Positions 50,462 to 62,062 of a stretch of 64,000 nt of DNA are shown here, piece after piece (the first letter of the stretch is position 1; each line of letters starts with the position of its first letter). Source of the stretch: Carcharhinus longimanus (Eukaryota); assembly GCA_030264375.1 (NCBI GenBank), contig JASCQW010000099.1, positions 45,237,972 through 45,301,971 of the forward strand, given 5' to 3'. The notes beneath the pieces are model-generated. The model made no database searches, was not told the DNA's origin, and was given only the letters and a program-made list of their open reading frames with translations. The translations under genes were made by a program, and so were the position numbers.

Positions 50462-50895
50462 TAAATGCAACATGGCGTTTCCTATTTTTGTGCAGGCGAA
50501 CTGCAGTTGGGCCAGGGTTTGTGTTTGCACAGTTTAAGGATGCATCTGGTGATTTAAATCACCAGCTGCCTCCCCTGTAGTGGAATGTTTGTAAACCAAG
50601 GGTGTGAAATCCAGATGATCTGAATTAATAAAAGTGAATGCTGATCTGAAATTGGTGGGTTTGTTCAGAAAGCCAGGGTATTACCCCTTTGTAATTTTGC
50701 CACGAAGCCTTTGGGAAAGGTGAGGCACCTTGTTTAACAACCTTTAGGGTTGTTAAAATTAAACATGATTGTGTGCTTTTTATGCAAAAACTCATTGGAA
50801 CTATTAAAGTTATCAAAGATGTCAAAGAATTATCATAGCTGCCAAACAATGTTCAAAGCTGTCAGAGACACTTCAAGCAAAAAAAACTGTTGAAT

Positions 50896-51165
50896 GGGCA
50901 GCATGGTGGCACAATGGTTAGCACTGCTGCCTCACAGGCCATGGACTCAGGTTTGATTCCTGGCTTGGGTCACTGTCTGAGCGGAGTTTGCATATTCTCC
51001 CTGTGTCTGCGTAGGTTTCCCTCGGGTGCTCCAGTTTGGTCTACAGCTCAACAATGTGTGGGTTAGTTGGATTGGCCATGCTAAATTGCCCCTTAGTTTC
51101 AGAGGGACTAGCTGGGATAAGTGCCAGGGATTATGGGATAAGGCCCAGGTGAATTTGTGGTCTAC
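50896..51165 (+). mobile_element. HE1-like V-SINE, 3'-truncated
   Basis: gggcagcatggtggcacaatggttagcactgctgcctcacag; B box ggtttgattcc; V-domain; ggattggccatgctaaattgcccc. Confidence 0.9.
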
Positions 51166-51268
51166 TGCAGCGGAGCGCATTGGCTCGATTCTGGGTGTAT
51201 CGCCATCAAGGGTGCGCTTATTTAGAGATCAGTAAAAAAAAATGCTGAAGGTGCTTTTTATGCCCCAA

Positions 51269-52300
51269 GGCGATTCTCTGAAAAAATGTGTTGAATTTGC
51301 ATAAAAACTGGAGTAAATCCATGCTGTTTTTTTCAGTGGAAGTTTCAAAATTAATCTCCCACACTGTGCGCACTGCAGAGTGCACTCGTAGAAATCAGCC
51401 CGTAAATCGGGGGCAGGGTTTATTTCCTCTGGAGAGGCTGGTAGGCCACGCATTTGCTGAAATCGGCACATGCGCAATAGCCTCGCACTGCTAACTCAAC
51501 CCCGGCGAGTTCTGTGCCCCCCCCACCCCAATCCTGCCATGGCCTGATTGCTGACCCTCCAGATGTGTCTGGGTCAGCCTCGCTCCTACCCTCNNNNNNN
51601 NNNNNNNNNNNNNNNNNNNNNNNNNNNNNNNNNNNNNNNNNNNNNNNNNNNNNNNNAAGCCCCTGATTTCCACCCCTGCCCCTCACTGGCAGCCCCAACA
51701 CCCTCCCGCAGTGTCCCCACCCCCAACCTGATGCCCAGCACCAATCGCCAGCCTCCCTCCCTCTGTCACTCAGCCTGACTGCAGAGTGGCAGCGGAGCCC
51801 CTCTCCCCCACAGATCACCTCCCTCTCCAAAGGCCCTGCCCCACATTAGGCTCCACCTCCTGGGCATCAGTACCTTGCCCTTTAGGCAGTGCCAGGGCCC
51901 AGACTGACAATGCCCAGCAGGGCAGGGGGTAATCCCTCCTAGCGCCCAACCCTCTGGGAGGCCTCAATTACCTCCCCTTCACTCCAGCGGGGTCAAGCTG
52001 ACAGCTCCCTGCAAGTGGGGAACCATAGTAAACCCCGCTGGTGTAACCTACTCCTGGTGGGGTGTTTGGGTGGGGGGAGGGAGGTAGGGAAGTAGAGACT
52101 AGCAGGCCTGGAGGCTTCAGTCCCGGGCCCACTAATAAAATGCAAAATTTATGGTAATGAATATTACATAAGTTCTTCAACTTTGTGCCGATTTCTGGCT
52201 AGGAGTTGATAATGCCAGAAATCTGGCAGCTGGAGACTTGTGGAGGATATGGCGCCCAGCTGAATGTCTGAAAAAGGTCTCTGCTTGAATCTCCCAGCCT
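51269..52300. mobile_element. Non-autonomous TIR element (Harbinger-type)
   Basis: Left end homologous to 16944-17070; internal segments homologous to 17270-17390. Confidence 0.65.
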
Positions 52301-54074
52301 GCTGCGCTGCTTTAGCATTATTAGCATGGTTTTTCACATCAGCCATCTTCTCCAGTAAAAACTATGGTGTAAGGACTCTGGAGGAGAAATGTGGAGCTCC
52401 TGTCCTGTATTGACTGGCTATCCAGGTTCTCTTTAAATATAGCAGGGCCTTGGACCCCATGGCATAATGGCCCTGTGCGTGACTTGCTGCTCACCACACT
52501 ATGAAATATGCCAAGCTCCTTGCAGATGCTGTCCATTTTTGTATGAATGGAAAATCTTTAAGCTGAAAAGCAGAAGATTGCATGTGTTCAGCCATCTGCC
52601 ACTCTGCAGGAATCAGCTGACATGGCTACCAGACTAATTTTACCAAATCATAAATTTCACCAATGTTTTGTTTGCTTCACTTGGTTTTTCCCCATCCTCT
52701 TGCCTCCATCTGTGCTGTTTGTCATGAAAGGTACTTAGATTTGGTTCCCCTACATTTCTCACTTGTTGGAATGTATCAATTTTCTATATAAAGATTACCC
52801 ATTGTGCTGAATTTAGTTGAGTCTGCCAGAGTTGACAGGAGGTCCAGGCAAATTTGGCAATGAGCATAACAATTAGGCTCATTAGTGAGGTACTTTGCAC
52901 CAATTATCCCTGAGCCTCCCCCAGAATTCAGTGGAGGCTCAGGGACTATACTGAACTCACATGGCTCTGTCATGCTTTCTGAAGCTTACCCAGAAACCTT
53001 GTTGGGCTTGCCAACTGTGTTCTGGGAGGAGAGAGTATCTCGTTGACAGACACTCAGTGCACAGTCAAAGGACAAAGCATCAACAGGGGTGGGAACTTTG
53101 ATAGCCATTCCCCTGAGCGTTTCTCAAAATGTCCTAATCCTCCTAATCCTCCTATCCATCTATCCCTTTCCTGTTTCCCCACCATCACACCACCCTCAAC
53201 CTTCTCCATGGATTTAGGGGTGATCCATAACTGGACATCGGAATATTACCAACAGTAATCAATACTCCGAGTGATGCCAGCAAAGGAGATCTACCAGCTT
53301 CTGATTGGTCAGTGGCTCTCAGAATGGGATTTCCATCCCACCGAAGGTTTGATTGTGTGGAAGTCCCAAGGCTGGTCAGTTGTGTCTGAGGGCATTTAAA
53401 TTAGTCTCGCCCATGGAAGCAACACAGCGCTCCCACTAGTGGGAGTGACTCTCATTACTTTTCCTAAATGCCGGCCAGTGTTATATTTCAGTCCTTCCTG
53501 TCTGCTTGTGGCTCCACTTGACTCTGACTTGATGCCCTCTCATCCCATTGATGTGTGGTCCTTTTAAAATGTTGTTTTTCTAATATAGTTTTTTTCAAAA
53601 TGCTGCCTGGTGTAAAATATAAATTATACCAGCAGTGCAGTAAATTATTCACTCTATATCATTTTTCTTTGTTTCAAATATATAATGTAATAGCTGTTCT
53701 GCAATAAGGTAAATGGGGATAAATGAAAAGCAGATGGATTGTTAATAATTAACAGATGATATAAACATAAACTCCAGGAGTCCAATGGGGTGCAATTGGA
53801 ACTTGTGAGTAATAAAATTATCCAGACATCCTTGGAGTTATACACAATCTTCAGAAAAAATATAAAGAAGGAACAAACCTCTTTCCAATAATTTTGTCTG
53901 TGGCTGGTAATACAATATGCATGATCTGGTGTAATATTCCTCATTGAAGTACAAAGATTTTGTTTTTCGGATTGTGCTGCTTATTGTGATATAAGTGGTT
54001 AATTAATGCAAGTTTTACAAGCAAATAATTTAGTCATTGGGTAATTGTAAGTTACTTATTACACTAAATATTAT

Positions 54075-54890
54075 GGATGCGATTTTCTAAAAAAATTCTA
54101 AGTGTCAAATGGGCAATAACATAATTTTCTCACCTGTTTTTGAGAGAGGTACGTAATGGTAATTTGACACTGTGCAATACAGAGGCAGTAATGTGAATCT
54201 TGCTCGTTGCGGGGGTGGGGTGGCGGGATGGGCGAGGGGTAGAGTCTAGAGTCTCAGCTCACTTGCCAGGCTGACTGCTCAGCTCCAGGAGCAACGTTGC
54301 ACAGGCTCCCCAGTCTTCCAGTATACTCTCTACAACCTATGTACACAGTATACTGGGTGATCTATCACTCCCCCATGGGCATCGCCACCCCCTGCCCCAC
54401 GCTGATCACTGTTCTGGCCAGGTTCACCGCCCCCACCCCCCCACCAATTGCTGTCCCAGCTGCTCACCGCCTTCTTCAATTGCCTCCCCATTCTCTGCCC
54501 CAGTTCATTGCCCACTCTTCATTACTTCTCTAACCCCTGATCGCTTGCCACCCCTGATCTCTGCCCCCATCAATCAGATTCCCCTCCCACCCATCCACAG
54601 CTCCCTCTTCTCTCAGCTCCTATGGACCTCCTCCCCGTCTTCCCCATCAAGTCACACCCGCTCATGACCACTGGAAATGCCAGTGTCAGGGTGGCATTTC
54701 CCCATAGGCACTGCTTGGCCCTGTCCCATTGATGGGGACCATCTGTGATCCTTGCCGGTGAGGACCTAGACCAGCAAGGGAATGAGGGGAAGTGAGCCTG
54801 GAAATGTCATTAAACATGTCATTAATATTGAAATGAGCCTTGCATCCTTCCTGGGTTGATCAGCATGATGAGCCGATAAGATCCCACCCA
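54075..54890. mobile_element. Degenerate non-autonomous TIR element
   Basis: ggatgcgattttctaaaaaaattctaagtg left end similar to 16944; right end aagatcccaccc. Confidence 0.5.
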
Positions 54891-56885
54891 GAAGGAATTT
54901 TCCGGGTTTAAAAAAAAAGCACATTCACTTTTATTTTACATCTCTTTTCATAATACCTGACAAGACAAATATTAAATATTGCAAATGTATAGATTTTTTC
55001 AAATTTTCATTTAATTCAGATTATGACCATTTACAACAAGAAGTATTATTACCCTTTTATTTGATTTCACTATTTTTATAATTTTATAATTATTTCCGAC
55101 CAGGAAACACATTGTCTAATAGTACGTCTGAGAATGTTAACCCTGATCAACTTATTGCTATTATGATGGCCAGAATTAATTGACTTCCCAATTTTGAAAA
55201 TAGCAATTACACAAACTGATTATTGTATATAGGTTGATTGAAGCAGAACACAGTTTAATCACAATGTGTTTTGTATCAGCATTTAACATGTTAATGTGGA
55301 CACTGAAACCACCTTGAACCACTCACAGAACATTCAACTACAATAACAATTAGAAGATAGATTCTTATTTACACAACATTTATTGAGAGAGATTAACCTA
55401 ATAGGGAACCTGGCAAAATATTTAAGTGGGGTCATTGAATGTTATCATTAACATTTAGAATGCAATTGAACAGCTGGAAAATGAAATGAATTAGGTATTA
55501 CAGAGGGGTAGTGTTATTTCAACAGCCGATGAGGATGACTGTCCAACCTCGCTACATCTTTCACAGACCATGCTAATACCAGAGAATAGTATACAGGGTT
55601 CTACATCTGGTGCCACACAGTTTGTGATTTTCCCAGCCTCTTTCTGATGGCTCAGATCAGATCACAGCCAAAAAGGGTGCAAAACAGATTAACATATTTA
55701 AATTGGCATTGAAATATGCATAGCCCATTTGAATCCTAGAGCATGGAGTTCTCCAGCCTTCTGACGCGGCAGAAAAAAATGTGAGTATCACCATTGATCT
55801 TCACAAGCTATGGTCACATGAGAGTGGCAGGAGTGCTAAGTGGGGAGCCCCCCAGACAGTCAGGGAGCATGGCCAGGCAGTTTTCAGTCAGTAATGCATA
55901 CCCGGCAGTGCCTAACTGGCACACTGGTGGTGCCCTGCAGTGGTCACTGGACATTCTGGCAGTGGCCACTGGACAGTGTGGCAGTGCCAATTGGACACCA
56001 CAAGTGGTCACTGACTGGGGGCCATGAGTGAGCAGGCAATGCTGGGGAAGTCTGATCAAGTGGGGGGTGTGGGATGGGGTGTGAGGGGTTGATTGTGAAG
56101 GCAGCCTTGATGCAGGGGACATGTCAGGGGATTTGATGGGGCGGCATGTCGGGAGTCTTGATGTGCGTGGTATTTCGAGGATTTGGCAGAGGGACCCTAC
56201 AGGAGGGCACCAATGCCCCACTGCTAGTAACCCATGTCAGGGAACAGCAGGGGCTAATGTGCCACCAACGAGGTGGGAGTTGCAATGTCAATGAAGAAGG
56301 TGGGGGGGGGCGCGGGTCTTCCAATGCACTGTGAGATGAGGATGCCCTTGCAAAATGGTGCCTGAGTGCTCTGAAGCCAGGTTCACTGTCCTATGTCACT
56401 GGTTAATGGGCTGCAGTTCATAACTGCAGTACCCTCTTGATGGGGCCATGATTCATGTGATTAATACCCCATTATGCACCTTGTTTACAGACAGTAATCA
56501 GGGTTTCCAGGATTGTTTGAGAATTACCTGCTGAAAACTTCACTAAAGCTGTGCAATTTCTGCACCACTTACAACAAAAGTTGTTTTTCTTCTTCTGCTC
56601 TTGGGCTATGAACTTTTGTGCCTCATCACCAACATAATTGTAAAATTTGACCCCATGGTACTTGAAGTACTTTGGAAGTCTGTTGAGGCTAAAAATAGTC
56701 ATGGTCAGTTGAAGGTTGGATATTCCAGACCATTTCTGGCATGGACTATGTGATCGGCATGTTATTGAGGCTGATAGTGCCGACACTATATGTGTGCACT
56801 GAAAATATGTAGAGTAGGCAGATTGTAACATCGAACAGAATTTAATGCCTGTCGTGCCATTTTGGACCTTGCTGCTATAGTTTAG

Positions 56886-57157
56886 TTATTAGTGTCTCAG
56901 GTTGGTTTACATTAACACTGCAATGAAGTTACTGTGAAAATCCCTTAGTCACCACACTCGGGTGCCCAAGGGAGAATTTAGCATGGCCGATGCACCTTAC
57001 GAGCATGTCTTTCGGACTGTGGGAGGAAACCAAAGCACCCAGAGGAAACCCATGCAGACACAGGGAGAACGTGTAGACAGTGACCCAAGCTGGAATCGAA
57101 TCCGGGTCCTTGGCGCTGTGAGGCAGCTGTGCTAACCACTGTGCCACCGTGCCGCTC
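56886..57157 (-). mobile_element. HE1-like V-SINE, tail type B
   Basis: rc: gcggcacggtggcacagtggttagcacagctgcctcacagcgccaaggacccggattcgattcc...ttcacagtaacttcattgcagtgttaatg. Confidence 0.92.
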
Positions 57158-57176
57158 CCTGGTAACAATTCCTTTG

Positions 57177-57382
57177 CTGTGGAGATGCCGACGTTGGATT
57201 GGGGTGGGCACATTAAGAAATCTCACAACACCAGGTTAAGGTCCAACAGGTGTATTTGGTAGCACGAACTATCGGAGCGCTGCTCCTTCCTCAGGTGAAG
57301 AAGGAGCAATGCTCCAAAAGCTCGTGCTACAAAATAAACCTGTTGGACTTTAACCCTGTTGTTGTGAGACTTCTTATTGTAC
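57177..57382. mobile_element. Inverted Penelope-like terminal-repeat pair with hammerhead-like cores
   Basis: ~80-bp inverted arms (57208-57290 vs 57299-57382); both contain a GGAGC-NNN-GCTCC stem flanked by CTGANGA-like and GAAA-like boxes. Confidence 0.78.
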
Positions 57383-57954
57383 AACAATTTCTTTAGCAGG
57401 CAGAGGACAATTTAAGAAGCTCACATGAATTGATTGGCATTACTTTGTGGATATGGATGACCTGTAACTCAAGCAGCAGTGGAGTGGAAGAGAACAATGA
57501 CATTCTCTAGTATTAATGAAAGAACACCAGTGACATTGCCATCAAAAAGATGCTCCCTTTATTCTCTGGGAGATTACAATCCCGCGAGTCTCAGGTGGTC
57601 ACTATATTAAATTGAAGGCTGCTGTGTACAGCTGGAAACTGTCAAGTGATAAATTATGTGCGCAGATGATTATTTTAATTGTTCACTTGTGGGAATTATC
57701 ATCCCACGGGGAAGTGACGATCTCTTTTTTTTCCAAAAATGCATTGTCCTCCTGTACCAGACCGGAATGCTGATTTAGCAGCAGTTCCCTGCATACAATC
57801 CCAGTTAGTCCCATAGTTTTAACCGCAGCAGGGGCAAATCTTGCCAAATAATTTAGACGTTAAAAAGAAGGTTTCTTAAACCGAAACACTGGCTTAACCC
57901 ACATTTTGCTTGGGAAATAATTTGAAACCAGTGCCAGGACAAGTCACCCAAGTC

Positions 57955-58200
57955 ACCAATGCTCAGAAGCAGCAGTGTGTGTACTATCTAAAAGGTGCAC
58001 TGCAGCAATTTATCAAAACTCCTTAGGCAGCATCTTCCAAACCCACAACCACTTCCATCTAGAAGGTCGGGAAAGCAGATGGGAACACCACCACCTGCAA
58101 ATCCAATCCAAGCCTCTCATCGTCCTTACTTGAAAATGTATCACTGTTCCTTTGCAGTCGCTGGTTCAAAATTCTAGAATCCCCTCCCTAACAGCATTCG
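57955..58200 (+). mobile_element. CR1/L2-group LINE fragment (family of 34037-35115)
   Basis: Aligns with the reverse complement of 34175-34410 (gcactgcag...cttccaaacccacaaccacttccat...tgggaacaccac). Confidence 0.82.
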
Positions 58201-58208
58201 GTCAACTC

Positions 58209-58284
58209 ACAGAACATAAAGACATAAGAAGTAGGAGCAGGAGTAGGCCATCTAGCCGTTCGAGCCTGCCCCGCCATTCAATAA
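58209..58284 (-). mobile_element. Young CR1 3' tail
   Basis: cataagaagtaggagcaggagtaggccatctagccgttcgagcctgccccgccattcaat. Confidence 0.88.
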
Positions 58285-58399
58285 NNNNNNNNNNNNNNNN
58301 NNNNNNNNNNNNNNNNNNNNNNNNNNNNNNNNNNNNNNNNNNNNNNNNNNNNNNNNNNNNNNNNNNNNNNNNNNNNNNNNNNNNTGTTTTTTTGGGAGA

Positions 58400-59040
58400 A
58401 TTGCCCTCGTGATATCAGACCTGTTAAACTCAAAGTCTTCTGGGGCAGATTCTCCTCAAACCTCTCATGGTACTGAAGTTTAGACAACTTTATAGTTGCC
58501 ATATCAAAGATTGTTACCATCATAGGACGATCTTGTGTACTCAGTGTGAAGACAAAAAAAAACTTGAGCGTTATCCAGGATGCAGATATGTTGGGAGGAT
58601 GATAATCTCACATCAGGTCAGAACGATGTGACATATTGTCAGAATACCCAATTCAAGGCTGTCCAAACGAATGCTCTACTCCAGAGCTACGTCTGGCAGG
58701 CTGCTTACTTGGGAGCCAAAGGAAACATTTCAAAATCAACCTCAATAAGGCAATGAAGCAGATGCCTAGCTGTGACTAAAATAACAACCCATCATCAAAA
58801 ATGGTGCCAAGATCTCCCAATGAACAGCCACAAAGAGAATGGAGAGATGGCAAGAAGAAACAGCTACTCAAGCCAGCAATAAACAACCGTCTCTGCTGGC
58901 CAGCAACCAACGTCCTCACATCTTTAAAGCTAAGCTTGTGAGCTATTTGTGACCCCTCAGCCAACACTGACACCTCATTTCCACCCAGCTACCTAAAAGG
59001 AAGAATCATCCTCAATAAAGATTGCCAGCGCTGATGATAA
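58400..59040 (+). mobile_element. Decayed RTE LINE 3' region
   Basis: gacatattgtcagaatacc (HIVRIP, cf. GHIVRMP), SKRMLYS, GSQRKHFKINLNKAMK (cf. GGQRKRFKDxLKxSLK); tail ...gattgccagcgctgatgat. Confidence 0.72.
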
Positions 59041-59845
59041 CATCTTTGAGAGCAGTAAAAAACAGTTCCGGTTACACTGTTATTAATGTAAGATTAGTTT
59101 GATGACACTTTCATTTTTCTTTCGTGTTCTTATAAGACATAGTTGGGATGATCCCCCATTCTGCTGTGCTGGGAGATTCTTGTGTCGACCAGTTTGCAGG
59201 ATTCGCACGTGTTCCTGCCCCGATAGCATCTCCCAACCCTAGTTTTTCAGCGCCAGCGGAACCATGCTGAAAATCAGCCCAACAGACAAAAACAATGGCA
59301 TGCATTTACAAAACTTACCATCTGATTAGAGGGTCTGTGACAACAGTCTCCACCCTCATTGCATCTCCCAGCTCTCTGGCGCGGTTTACATCTACTATAT
59401 AAAAGTTGGGAGTTGGCGTAGCAGAGTTGAACAGAAGAAGGAGGTAAATTTTATGGCCCTGGAGTGCTGGGGATGTTGGAGGCAGGGCCTGGAGATTTGT
59501 GGCTCACTGTGGAGAGCTTCCTGGAGATCTTCAGGTGTTGCGCCCTGGTCCTGTGGGATGCGGTCAAGCCCTTAACAGAGTGCTGGCCAGTCTGCTCTCT
59601 GCAGTCACTGTGCTGTTCCTGTGGGGCAGGGCCCTTTGAGTGTCAGCCCTGCCCAACCTGCACACTCTTCCTGCCAGCTGTGTTCACATTGCCAATGGCA
59701 GGCATGGCACCATAGATTCTGTTGTGTTGCCAGCATCCACAAGTGTGAGTACTGACCCCGTGAGGGATGGGACAGGGGGGCAGCTGCTGAGGTAGATGCA
59801 AGCAATGACATAAATCTATCAATCTTTTTCTCTCCAAACTCCATT

Positions 59846-60250
59846 ATGCAGAATAGATCTTGGGGACTGATTGATCTAGAGCTGGCCATCAAGGTGGTGG
59901 CTGAGGAGGCAGCAGCGGTTCAGGAGGTGGAAGGCATGGAGAGGCCCTGCAGGAGCAGCGAGTGGCAGGCCCTCAGGAAGGAGGGGAGGGGGCTGCCACT
60001 GATGACCAAGAGGTGGGAGAGCAGTCTCCCCAAAAGGTGGCCAGCAGAAAGAGGATGCAGAGGCAAAGGCGGTACTGGACCAGGCATTAATTTGAGCGGC
60101 TTTTGGAGATTATGTGCTGTCGCTGGCTCTGTCTTTCCTAGGACATGGTCCGACACTTGTTAAGGTGCTCGCACACCTAGTACCTGAAGGAAGGGGTGTC
60201 CACCTGCTCCCAGAAGAAGTTACGGTGACAGCGGCCCTTAATCTCCACCC
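59846..60250 (+). pseudogene. PIF/Harbinger (HARBI1-like) transposase N-terminal remnant
   Basis: RYWTRH*FERLLEIMCCRWLCLS*DMVRHL, frameshift, VLAHLVPEGRGVHLLPEEVTVTAALNL (cf. RLRLSR..V..LC..L..L...G.GGH.LPVAVKVTAALNFYA); no DDE region seen downstream. Confidence 0.75.
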
Positions 60251-61419
60251 AATGGACAAATATGCTCCTGGATGCAGACAACACCTTTGTATGTGGCCAG
60301 CAGTGTCACTGCCACGGCCCACTGTGTCTCCAAGATGGCCTGGACCCTGTCACCCATGAGGCCAAATACCTCATGGTGGGGGGGGGCACCAACACCCAAA
60401 AGACCTGGTGCTTCGGGATCCAGGACTGTCACAGAGAACACATATTAGGGAAAGGGAGGGAAAGTAACCTATGCAGCATTGCATTTACTCTAAAGGAGAC
60501 TTAGGAAGAGGGTTAAGCTGATGCTCACTTGCATGATGATGCCAACCTGGCTGTCAGTTACCATTCTAGGTGTTGATTCTTCCCTTAGCTAGCTCCAGGG
60601 CACACTGCTCGCAGACAGTCAGGTGCACAGCTCAGGCACACCACCACCTGTCTGTGCTCTGTCTCACTTGATTGTGTGTTCTTTTCTTCTGTGGGGACAT
60701 AAAGGGGGCTGAAAGCAAGGATATATTGAAGTACATGGGGCACCTGAGATTTGGAGCTTGTGTTGGCCACTTTGGGGAAAAAGATCACCACTGGGGAGTG
60801 CTGACTGGGGGGGCAGGTGGCTGTTGTTGGATGCCCTTCAAGTGTCTGAGCGTGATGTGGCATTGTTAGTGCAGCACATGTGCAGGTTTCAGAATAGGAT
60901 GCCAACTCATCCCCACCCCTCCCCCCCCAAACACAATGCCTTTGCAGTATGAACCCTTGGGCAACAGCCCTGACTGGGGAATAGCAGTTGGCACCTCTCG
61001 TTCATTGTATCCAACTGGTAGGCCAGGTCAGCCTGGCAGAACCTCAGGGCAGGTTTCTTTCTGGCCATCTTTCTGCAATTCTATGAGGTTTCTTTCCAGT
61101 TATCTTCCTGGTGTGTCCAGCTGTGTGTTCATTATTGCAGCTTATATACAGCTCTGGCTTGTTAGGGGAGTCCAGGTGCAATTTGTTTGGGCAATCGTGG
61201 GCCCATTTGTGAGAAATGTAAAGGGAACCCAGTTTCAGTCAAGGGCAAGCGATTTCCCAGGGTGCTGATTGGCTCTCACTCAACAAAGTCCTGTGTCTAG
61301 GGGATACAATGCTGTCATACAACAAGGAAGAATGCTCGCAGGCAGGGGTTGTGCATGGCAACACAGTGTTATTTATATGCAAAGCAGTAGTGAGGCTAGT
61401 GTGTGTGAATTGATGGGGG

Positions 61420-61590
61420 AAGGGATGGGGAGTCTAGCTATGTCTGGAGTCATTGGGGGTTAGGGAGGCTAGTGATGTCCGAATCATTGGGGGAGGCCAG
61501 TGATGTCTGGGTCATTGGGGGATGGGGAAGCCAGCGATGTTTGGGTCACTGGGTGTTCAGGAGGTCAGGGATGTTCATGGGGGGAAAGGG
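61420..61590. repeat. ~29-30-bp degenerate G-rich tandem repeat inside a Harbinger-type element
   Basis: Repeated (a)gtgatgtctgggtcattggggg...gaggcc units. Confidence 0.7.
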
Positions 61591-61879
61591 GGTGAGAAGC
61601 AAGCAATANNNNNNNNNNNNNNNNNNNNNNNNNNNNNNNNNNNNNNNNNNNNNNNNNNNNNNNNNNNNNNNNNNNNNNNNNNNNNNNNNNNNNNNNNNNN
61701 NNNNNNNNGGTGGGGGTGGGGGGTGTGTTGGTGGAAGGTTAGTGATGTCCGTGGTAAGGAGTCAAAGACCAACGATGAGGCCAGTCATGTCTGTGGGGAG
61801 TTGAGGCCAGGAATCTCAATGCTCGGATATCTTTTTAGTGATCCCCCAGATATGTGTGCATGCATGAGGTCCCACTCAT

Positions 61880-62062
61880 CACGCTAATTTCATCCTCTTC
61901 AGCAGAAAAAACGGCCCAGTTTTTAATAATCACATGAATGGCCTCTGCAGTGCATAGAATGTGGGAGATTCATTTTCAGAAACATGCTGAAAAAACCAGC
62001 ATGAATTACTTCAGTTTTCATTCAAATTTGATACTTGGATTTTTCTGGGGAGCATTCCAGCC
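61880..62062. mobile_element. Right terminus of a Harbinger-type element (possibly spanning ~59143-62062)
   Basis: ggcctctgcagtgcatagaatgtgggagattc...ttttctggggagcattccagcc aligns with 18875-19000. Confidence 0.65.

Noticed and set aside
50896-50965. tRNA-like A and B boxes (also at other SINE heads)
   Set aside because: No cloverleaf; they continue directly into the V-SINE body
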